DNA of 64,000 nt, from the NCBI GenBank assembly GCA_019186945.1, contig JABAQJ010000002.1, positions 149,897 to 213,896 on the forward strand, read 5' to 3'. Positions 20,467 through 28,238 of the stretch are shown here, one piece after another; within the stretch, counting starts at the first letter, position 1; every line of letters begins with the position of its first letter. The position numbers and the translations under genes were made by a program. Origin of the DNA: Gemmatimonadaceae bacterium (GTDB lineage Bacteria; Gemmatimonadota; Gemmatimonadetes; Gemmatimonadales; Gemmatimonadaceae). Under the pieces are notes generated by a model. The model ran no database searches. It saw only the letters and a program-made list of their open reading frames with translations, and had not been told where the DNA came from.

Positions 20467-23190
20467 TCAGGCGCGCACGCGCGCGCCGCGGGTGACGGCT
20501 GCAACGAGGTCATCGATGCCAAACGGCTTCTGGAGGAACTCCACAGCCGGGTCGAGCGAACGCGCCACCGCCGTGTTGCGGGCGTCATAGCCGCTGACGA
20601 CGATTACGGCGACGTCAGCATCGCACTGCCGTATTTGTCGCAACACCTCGGCGCCGTCCATCCCGGGCATCGTCATGTCGAGGACGACGGCGGACACCCG
20701 CTCACGGTTCTGCTTGAAGAGTCGCAGGCCTTCGACGCCATCGGCTGCCTCGATTACCTCATACCCCATTCGCGAGAGCACTCGATTCGCGACGGCTCGA
20801 AGCATCGGTTCGTCGTCGACGACTAGCACGCACCCTGTGGCGGCGCCCATAGCGGGATCGGAAATCGGCCCGCGACCGGCTTCGATCGGGGCCTCGGCGC
20901 TCGGGAGCAGAATCTCGAAAGTCGACCCCTGCCCTTCCACGCTGCTAACGGAGAGTCGGCCGCCAGCACTCTTGACGATGCCGAGGACCGCCGCCAGACC
21001 CAACCCGCGCCCCGAAGCCTTGGTCGTATAGAAGGGTTCGAAGATTCTCCGCTTCGTCTCCTCGGACATGCCTTTGCCCGTGTCCGAAACAGTAAAGCGG
21101 ACGTCGGTCGTTGCCCGTGAGGCATCGCCAACCGCGCCATTCTGATCGTGTGGAACGAGGGCGGTACCGATCGTCACGGTACCGACGCGATCGCCGATCG
21201 CCTCGGCGGCATTCGTGAGCAGGTTTAGCACAACCTGACTGATCTGCGCCGAGTCCGCCAGAACCCACATCGGCTGCGGACTCATGTCCATGCGCAATTC
21301 CACCTTCTTCGAAAACGTTGCCTTCGCCAACTCCAACAAGTCTCGAACACTCTCGTTGAGGTCTACGGTCCTCCGTTCCAGACTCGCCTTGCCAGCGTAC
21401 GCGAGCATTTGCCTCGTCAGCTCCGACGCACGTCTCGTCGCGACGAGGATCTGCTGGATGCTTTGCCGGACATGCCCTGGCGCCTCGGCCAGCGCCAGCT
21501 CGGCGTTCACGTGCACCGCCGCCAGAAGGTTGTTGAAGTCGTGGGCTACGCCACCAGCCAGCACCCCAAGGCTCTCCAGTTTCTGAGCGTGCTGCATCTG
21601 CAGTTCGAGCCGCCGGCGTTCCGCCTCGGCGCGCTGGCGCTCGGTGATATCGGATGCCACGATGCCGACGGCATAGGCGGCACCGTCCGCATGACGCAAG
21701 GGGAAACTCACGGACAGGAACGTTCGATCGCCATCCGGCGTCGACACGATGATTTCCGACTCGGCGACTTCCCCGCCGTTGTGTACTGCGGACACCGTCT
21801 GCCGCAGCGATTCCGCATCGCGTTCGGAAAGAACCTCCACCACGGCGCGCCCAAGGATGTCCTCCCGCCGTCGTGCGAAGAGCGACTCGAAATGACGGTT
21901 CACAAGGACGAACTGCCCGTCGAAGTCGATGACCGCTACCAGCATCGCCGAGTTGTCGACAATCCCCTGCACCAGCGCCTGATTCTCGCGCAAGGCGTCG
22001 AGTGCCGCCATGGTCGCCGCCACTTGCCCGTTCAGATCCTCCACGAGTTTCCGAAGCCTGTGCGTCATCTGATTGAACGATACCGCCAGAAAACCGACTT
22101 CGTCGCCTGTCGCGACGGTGGCCCGCACGTCGAGGTCACCCTGTGCGACGCGTTCGGCACTCCGCGCCAGAGACAGGATCGGTGAAGCCACATGCCCGGC
22201 AATGCGATGCGCCACGACAGCCATGAGCGCCACAGCACCGATGCCGATCGAGAGAATGACAGCCAGCAGGTTGCGAGCCGGCGCGAACGCCGCTGCCTGC
22301 GGCGATTCCACGATGAGCGCCAGCTCACGCTCCGGTATCCATCGATAGATGCCGATGACCGGTACACCGGCATAGTTCAGGTACAACCCCGAGCCGTCGT
22401 GTCCCGAGAGCGCGGAATCTATTCCGAGCGAATGAAGCCCCCGCCTGACGTCCACGCGCCGGAACCGATCCGCCGACACCGGATCGCTGAAGCGGTCGAC
22501 GAGGTATACCTCGATCGGCATCCTGCCGGACTTCTGCTCGACAATGTCCTCGATCTGCCGCAGGTCGAGGTGGGCAGCCAGGACGGCTACGACCGTTCCG
22601 TCAGGACTCCGCACGGGAGCCGCAGCAGTCATCGTCGGGCGTCCGAGGTGATGCGACGGATAGAAGTTCTGCGTGAACGGACCGCGCAGGCCTTCTCTGA
22701 AGTACAGGTCGTCGACATGGTACGTGCCCACCTCGCCAGGATTCGTCGACGCAAGCACACGGCCGCCACGAGCGGACATGACCGTCAGCTCCGACACAGC
22801 CACGCCAGCCCGGCGTGCCGAATCGAGGACCGCTGTCACCCGGCGCTGGACCACCGGATCGGGTCCGTTTGTTGCAGCTCGTCCTGACACGAGGAGGGGA
22901 ACACCATCGGTCATCGACGGAATGCCAGCAATGAAGCGCACCAGGTCTGACTGCTGCGTGATCCAGCGAGACACGTCGACGGCGCGACGATCGGCGACGC
23001 CGGTCAGACGCTCCGTGACCACTGACCGCAGTGCACGACGCGCACGTTCGTACGACACCCCGGAGACCAGCACGACGGTGAGCCCACCTGCGACGCCGAA
23101 GGCCACAGTCATTCGCACGCGCAGGCTCTGCCCAATGAACGACGTCGCCAACCGAACGGGCGAAAGGCGAGAACGCGACCGCTCTGTCAT
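20467..23190 (-). CDS. hybrid sensor histidine kinase (periplasmic Cache-like sensor, HAMP, PAS, HisKA, HATPase, C-terminal REC)
   Basis: H-box AHDFNNLL, N/G boxes (LLTNAAEA, DTGKGM, GRGLGL) and a C-terminal receiver (LVVDDEP...D). Its start codon overlaps the stop of the upstream binding-protein gene (ATGA). Confidence 0.85.
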   Translation of the reverse strand: MTERSRSRLSPVRLATSFIGQSLRVRMTVAFGVAGGLTVVLVSGVSYERARRALRSVVTERLTGVADRRAVDVSRWITQQSDLVRFIAGIPSMTDGVPLLVSGRAATNGPDPVVQRRVTAVLDSARRAGVAVSELTVMSARGGRVLASTNPGEVGTYHVDDLYFREGLRGPFTQNFYPSHHLGRPTMTAAAPVRSPDGTVVAVLAAHLDLRQIEDIVEQKSGRMPIEVYLVDRFSDPVSADRFRRVDVRRGLHSLGIDSALSGHDGSGLYLNYAGVPVIGIYRWIPERELALIVESPQAAAFAPARNLLAVILSIGIGAVALMAVVAHRIAGHVASPILSLARSAERVAQGDLDVRATVATGDEVGFLAVSFNQMTHRLRKLVEDLNGQVAATMAALDALRENQALVQGIVDNSAMLVAVIDFDGQFVLVNRHFESLFARRREDILGRAVVEVLSERDAESLRQTVSAVHNGGEVAESEIIVSTPDGDRTFLSVSFPLRHADGAAYAVGIVASDITERQRAEAERRRLELQMQHAQKLESLGVLAGGVAHDFNNLLAAVHVNAELALAEAPGHVRQSIQQILVATRRASELTRQMLAYAGKASLERRTVDLNESVRDLLELAKATFSKKVELRMDMSPQPMWVLADSAQISQVVLNLLTNAAEAIGDRVGTVTIGTALVPHDQNGAVGDASRATTDVRFTVSDTGKGMSEETKRRIFEPFYTTKASGRGLGLAAVLGIVKSAGGRLSVSSVEGQGSTFEILLPSAEAPIEAGRGPISDPAMGAATGCVLVVDDEPMLRAVANRVLSRMGYEVIEAADGVEGLRLFKQNRERVSAVVLDMTMPGMDGAEVLRQIRQCDADVAVIVVSGYDARNTAVARSLDPAVEFLQKPFGIDDLVAAVTRGARVRA

Positions 23191-24356
23191 CGTGCCGCGA
23201 CGACCTCGACGATCGAGTCGGACCTGCCACGAATGACGGTCAGGACCGCATTCCGCTCCGGGTCACCAGTCCCGGTGAAGCGCACCGTACCGCCGGCACC
23301 CGTGAAGGGCCCGAACCTGGCGATCGCCATCGCAACGCTTGCGCCATCGAGCGTCCCGGCCCGCCCAACTGCCATGGCGGCAATCCTGATGGCGTCGTAC
23401 GTCATGGCCGCCGTGGCACGTGGCGCCTCGCCCCACCTCGCACGGTAACGAGCGATGAACCCGGATACTTCCGCTTGCGGCATCTCCTCGTGCCACTGCC
23501 TGGCGACGATCGCACCGGTGGCCTCGGGAACAACTGACAAGCTCGGCGGATCCCATGCGTCGCTTCCAAGGAATGTCGCGGTCATGCCCAGCGAGCGCGC
23601 TTGCCGCATCTGCACCGAATCCACCAGCGCCATGTTCGGAAGGAAAAGCACATCCGGCCGGGTTGCAGCAAGGCGGCGCAGCGCGGGTCTGAACTCGACG
23701 AGTTCGTCGCTGGTGAACTCGCCGGTCACCACGCGGCCACCCAGGGCCTCGAACGACTTCCTGAACAGTGCCGCAAGATCCCGACTGTATGGATTGGCAA
23801 CATCGAACAGGACAGCGGCACGGCGTGCTTCCATTCGCTTGAACGCGTAGCGTGCGAGAATCTCCCCCTGAACCGCGTCCAGATACGCCAAACGAAAGAC
23901 GAACCGCTTTCCCTGCGTCGTCGCCGGGTTGGATGACATCGGGCTGATCATCGGCACGTGTGCTTCCTCAGCGACGCTGCTGGCGGCCACTGCATGTGGC
24001 GACAGTTGCGGACCGATCAGGACGTCGACGCTGTCGAGATTGATGAGCGCTCGTGCCTGGCTCGATGCGTCATCCGAACGGTTCTCGTAGCCGCGCTCGA
24101 TCAACCGCACGTGATGCCGGACGCCGCGAACGGCTATCCCGCCGCTTGCGTTCAGTTCCTCCACGGCCAGCCGTGCTCCGGCCAGGGACGATTGCCCCGA
24201 GATGCTCGCCCCCGGGCCATCCATGAGCCAGAGCAGCCCTAGCCGGATGTCCCTTGGGCGCTCGGACGCACAGGACGAAAGAACGGTAATGGCGATGACG
24301 CCGGCAATACGCCTGTTGTGGCTCGTTCGTGGCCGGCCTGGACAACCGAGGGGCAC
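23187..24356 (-). CDS. periplasmic substrate-binding lipoprotein of the Leu/Ile/Val-binding (Peripla_BP_6) family
   Basis: The C-terminal ~380 aa match the type I periplasmic binding fold typical of LivK-like proteins. The proposed GTG start gives the signal MPLGCPGRPRTSHNRRIAGVIAITVLSSC with an LSSC lipobox. The longer track ORF (to 25118) is an artefactual extension that overlaps the FKBP gene. Confidence 0.6.
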   Translation of the reverse strand: MPLGCPGRPRTSHNRRIAGVIAITVLSSCASERPRDIRLGLLWLMDGPGASISGQSSLAGARLAVEELNASGGIAVRGVRHHVRLIERGYENRSDDASSQARALINLDSVDVLIGPQLSPHAVAASSVAEEAHVPMISPMSSNPATTQGKRFVFRLAYLDAVQGEILARYAFKRMEARRAAVLFDVANPYSRDLAALFRKSFEALGGRVVTGEFTSDELVEFRPALRRLAATRPDVLFLPNMALVDSVQMRQARSLGMTATFLGSDAWDPPSLSVVPEATGAIVARQWHEEMPQAEVSGFIARYRARWGEAPRATAAMTYDAIRIAAMAVGRAGTLDGASVAMAIARFGPFTGAGGTVRFTGTGDPERNAVLTVIRGRSDSIVEVVAAR

Positions 24357-24566
24357 TTCGGCTACTCGCTGGCGTGAAGCAGAGACTGAGGGTCCAAAGA
24401 AGTATCGGATCGAGAACGGTGTCCGCCACATCGTACGCCAGCGCCAGACGTAATGGATACGCGCGCCGAGTCCGTGGCGTTTGGCTGAGTCATCCCGTAT
24501 CCTTGCCCCCGAGTGCTCCAGATCCGAATGGAGTACCGCGGTGTGACTCTCTCGACATGATCTGCC

Positions 24567-25103
24567 ATGCAACGACTGCATCTTCGGGCTGGTGCGTTTC
24601 TTATCCTGTTGTGGGTTCCCTTGGGCTGCGCGAGGAGCACGCGAGGATCCGCCCCGCCGCGAGTCGAAGGCAAGGAGCGAACGCAGTTCAGCATGCGATA
24701 CGTAGACATCGCCCAAGGGGCTGGCGCGCAGGCCGAGCCTGGCAAGTGCTACTATGTGCACTACACTGGGTGGCTCCCTGATGGAACGAAGTTCGATTCG
24801 TCGCGAGACACCACTCCAGAGGGGAAGCCGCGCACACCGATTGGCTTCATCCAGGGAAAGCGCGCGGTCATCGCCGGCTGGGACGCAGGCTTCGAGGGAA
24901 TGCGCGTTGGCGCCCTGCGTCGCCTGATCATCCCATATCAGCTCGGGTACGGCGTGGACGGCAGGCCACCGGTCATCCCGCCCAAATCGACACTGATCTT
25001 CGACGTCGAACTGGTGGGCGTGCGCGATGCTCCGGCAGCCACTCGTCCGCCCGAACCAGCAGCCCGGTGCGCACCGTGGGAGGCTGCTGCGCCGATGCCG
25101 TGA
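24567..25103 (+). CDS. FKBP-type peptidyl-prolyl cis-trans isomerase, secreted
   Basis: Signal peptide followed by the FKBP core (YYVHYTGWLPDGTKFDSSRD...LIIPYQLGYG...LIFDVELV). Confidence 0.8.
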   Translation: MQRLHLRAGAFLILLWVPLGCARSTRGSAPPRVEGKERTQFSMRYVDIAQGAGAQAEPGKCYYVHYTGWLPDGTKFDSSRDTTPEGKPRTPIGFIQGKRAVIAGWDAGFEGMRVGALRRLIIPYQLGYGVDGRPPVIPPKSTLIFDVELVGVRDAPAATRPPEPAARCAPWEAAAPMP

Positions 25104-25169
25104 TTCCGGGTAGCTCACGCCGCGTGGCTGCCCGACATTACCTCGTCAGGTGGCCAGGGCAGCGGGAGT

Positions 25170-27230
25170 CTACTGCACCGCGGTGCGATATCGGTCGAAC
25201 CAGCCAGCAAGTGTTGTGAGCTTCGCCGCCCCGTGGCTCGGGCGTCGGCGGATTCCATGCGGCTCCTCGGGGACGCGGACCAGTACTGTTTCGACGTTCC
25301 GCATCTTGAGCGCCTTGTAGTACTGCTCGGATTCCGACATCGGCGTTCGGAAGTCTTCCTCGCCGGTCATGATGAGCGTCGGCGTCTTGACGTTCTTCAC
25401 CACGGAGAGAAGCGATCGCTTGGCATAGTTCTCCGGAAAGTCCCAAGGCAAGCCCGGGAACCAATCATTGACCGCCGTCGGCGCCATGTCCGCCGTCAAC
25501 GCGAAACTTTCCCAGTTGATGACCGGATAGAACGCCAGAGCTGCCCGGAATCGATCCGTGTGGCCAATCATCCACGCCGTCAGCACGCCGCCCCCGCTGC
25601 CACCGGTAACGAACAGGTTCTTTTCGTCGATGTATCCTTTCGCGATCACGGCATCGACTCCCGAGTTCAAGTCATGATAGTCTTCGCCGGGGTAGGCATG
25701 GTGAATCAGGTTGCCGAACTCCTCTCCGTAGCTGGTGCTACCACGCGGATTGGTGTAGAGAACCACAAAGCCGTTGGCGGCCATGACCTGCTTCTCTTCG
25801 TCGAACCGGTCGCCATAGTTGGCGAACGGGCCGCCGTGGATCTCCAGTATCAACGGGTATTTCCTCGAAGCGTCGAAACCCGGCGGCTTGACGATCCATC
25901 CCTGGATCTTCCGCTTGTTTCTGGACGATTCGTACCAGATCTCCTCGACCGCGCCTAACGTGCGAGATGCCAGCAGGTCGGCGTTTAGCGCGGTGAGTAC
26001 CCGTGGTGCGGCGCTTGCTGCTGTCGTGACGAGGCCCACGTTCGACGGCATGGCGGGCGTGCTCATGGCGAAGGCTACGCTGCCGTCCCTGGCGACCGAA
26101 TAGCTGCCGCCGCTGTACGCCGAGGTGCCCGACCCGAGATTCGACGCCACCACCCGGAGCGCTCCGTCGAGCGTGATCAAGCCCACCTTGGTATTGCCCT
26201 TGTCATCGTACTGGACGTAGATCCCGCGCCCATCGGCGGCCCACGCTGGCGAAGATACGCTGATGTCCAGTTTCGCGGATATGGCGCGCTTTCCAGAACC
26301 ATCGCGGTTCATTACGTAGAGCAGCGTGTTCTGGAATCCCTGCTTGCGGTCGTCGTACCCCGTGTAAGCAATGAGCCGTCCGTCAGGCGAAACAGTCGGG
26401 CTCTGGTCCGGGCCGAATCGATCTGTGAGCCGTCGCATCGCCCCGTCCTTGACGGAAACGGCCCAAAGGTCGCTTTCCCGTGAGTTCCATTCCGGCCGTT
26501 CGCCGCGTCGCGCAGCAAGCACGATTTCGGTGCCGTCGGCGCCCCACGCGAGGCTCCCCCCACCCCACGGCAACCCTCCATGGTTGAAGTCGCCCTTCGT
26601 CAGCTGGCGGGCGGCCCCTCCATCCGCTCGGATCACGAAAGCATGGACGAACCCGGTGGGCACCTCTCCCACGCCATTGAAGCGGAACACCAGGGCGTCG
26701 GTGTACTTGGGCGGCGCGGACCAGGTTGCTCCCGGCGGCGGTCGCAATGGGCTTCCTATCACGAGCGGCGGCTGCGCCACCAGCTGCAGAAAGGCAATGC
26801 GCGTGCCGTCGGGCGACCATTCGGCTGCGGACGGCGGTGTCGGCGAGTTGGTGAGGACGTACGACTCGCCGGTGTCCATCCAGCGCACATACAGCTGCGT
26901 GCTCCCACCCTGGTTCGATGTGAAGGCAAGTCGTTTCCCGTCGGGCGACCAGCGCGGCGATCCGTCGGTGAACTTCCCGCTGGTGATCGGTCGATGACCG
27001 GAGCCATCGCTCCGCACGAGCCAGATGTTGCTGTACCGCCGGTCGGTCATCGGATCGCTCCACTGCCGCACGTACACGACCATCTGCCCGTCCGGAGAAA
27101 CCTGCGGCTCCGAGGCATACTCCAGCGAAAAAACATCGGCGGCCGTCAGGCGAGTCTCCTGCGCCGCGAGCGGAGCGATCGCAACTCCGACAACCACGGA
27201 AACCAAGGTCGTGAGATGGGGGATTCGCAT
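25170..27230 (-). CDS. S9-family serine peptidase with an N-terminal beta-propeller (acylaminoacyl-peptidase/DPP-like)
   Basis: Signal peptide from the internal M, then TolB/PD40-like repeats and a C-terminal alpha/beta hydrolase with GGSGGG (GxSxGG) and downstream Asp/His motifs. Confidence 0.8.
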   Translation of the reverse strand: MRIPHLTTLVSVVVGVAIAPLAAQETRLTAADVFSLEYASEPQVSPDGQMVVYVRQWSDPMTDRRYSNIWLVRSDGSGHRPITSGKFTDGSPRWSPDGKRLAFTSNQGGSTQLYVRWMDTGESYVLTNSPTPPSAAEWSPDGTRIAFLQLVAQPPLVIGSPLRPPPGATWSAPPKYTDALVFRFNGVGEVPTGFVHAFVIRADGGAARQLTKGDFNHGGLPWGGGSLAWGADGTEIVLAARRGERPEWNSRESDLWAVSVKDGAMRRLTDRFGPDQSPTVSPDGRLIAYTGYDDRKQGFQNTLLYVMNRDGSGKRAISAKLDISVSSPAWAADGRGIYVQYDDKGNTKVGLITLDGALRVVASNLGSGTSAYSGGSYSVARDGSVAFAMSTPAMPSNVGLVTTAASAAPRVLTALNADLLASRTLGAVEEIWYESSRNKRKIQGWIVKPPGFDASRKYPLILEIHGGPFANYGDRFDEEKQVMAANGFVVLYTNPRGSTSYGEEFGNLIHHAYPGEDYHDLNSGVDAVIAKGYIDEKNLFVTGGSGGGVLTAWMIGHTDRFRAALAFYPVINWESFALTADMAPTAVNDWFPGLPWDFPENYAKRSLLSVVKNVKTPTLIMTGEEDFRTPMSESEQYYKALKMRNVETVLVRVPEEPHGIRRRPSHGAAKLTTLAGWFDRYRTAVQ

Positions 27231-27496
27231 GTTCAGTCTCGTTGGGGCAATAGCCAGACGGCCGTCGATCTCACCCTGCGGACCCACTGGGAGCTGCTCA
27301 GACGAACCGGACTCTCCGGAGGCCGTTTCCGGCGATGGCCGGAGCACTACGAATGGCGACGATATTCCGTCCTCCGATCGATCGCGTCAAGCGTGCTGGT
27401 CCGTCGTGTTCGATCGATCGCGCGGTAGTGGATCGCCATTGGGCGCGTACGGCAGTCGGCGATCGCCATGGCCCGCTTTCGGAGTGCTTGAAAAGT

Positions 27497-27542
27497 CGAA
27501 CCCTCGCCGGTAGCCGCTGTTGGCGGTGTCCGGCGAGGGTTC
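27497..27542. repeat. 13-bp perfect inverted repeat (GAACCCTCGCCGG / CCGGCGAGGGTTC) with a 19-nt loop inside a ~1-kb non-coding region
   Basis: Read directly from the sequence. On the minus strand a UUUU run follows the stem within 2 nt. Confidence 0.5.
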
Positions 27543-28238
27543 TCTCGCTGGCGATTCTCACTCGTTTCGTTTCGATTGCCGAGTCTGGCGGCGTCCTTGC
27601 AGATGGCGCCTCATCGGCCAGAGTGAGTTTCTTGCCCTTCTCGTACGGGTCCGAGTCAGGTGCCCTGAACGTTCTGAGCTTCGGTTGTGACCAGCGACCC
27701 CACAACCTGTCCGGGAAGTCGAAACCTTGCCGGACTGCCTTCCGCCGGCGTCCCGTCAGAAGACCCCGTTCGCAGGCATCCCGTCCCGCGAACGCAATGT
27801 CATTATGGGACGCCGAGAGTATTCGGGCAATAGGGTTTTCGCCTACAGGACGGTCCAGCCTGGCAAAAGACTCTCGTTAGGCGCTGCCGCCCGGCCGCGG
27901 GTTCGACTCTCGATCGTCGGCTGCCCCAACCAACGTGGCCGAACACTGACTGCCCAGTTGTCGTTCTACCATGGCGCCTCTAGCTTCCGGCCGCGTGCAA
28001 CCAGGACATCCCCTCACCGTTCGGCAGTCGGAGGAGCAGTGCCCACCAAGGAAATCCATCGGGTGACAAAGCCGCGGGCGCCTGCATGGCACCGTCCCGG
28101 GATAGCCTGCCGCACAGTCGAGTGCCTGCGAACACGACCGGACTCTGCGGACCAGGCCGCAACCCCGCGCGTAGCGACCCGATACCGCACGTCGGTCGTG
28201 TAGCCGGCGTCGAACCGCGGTCCACGCCGAAAGTATCC

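Noticed and set aside
24357-25118. N-terminal 254 aa of the track ORF 23187..25118
   Set aside because: They overlap the FKBP gene on the opposite strand and precede the lipoprotein signal peptide of the binding protein. The start was moved to the GTG at 24356.
27890-27940. tRNA-like GGGTTCGACTC...CCAACCA segment that could be a tRNA or tmRNA 3' end
   Set aside because: The flanking bases do not pair into a T-stem or acceptor stem on either strand.
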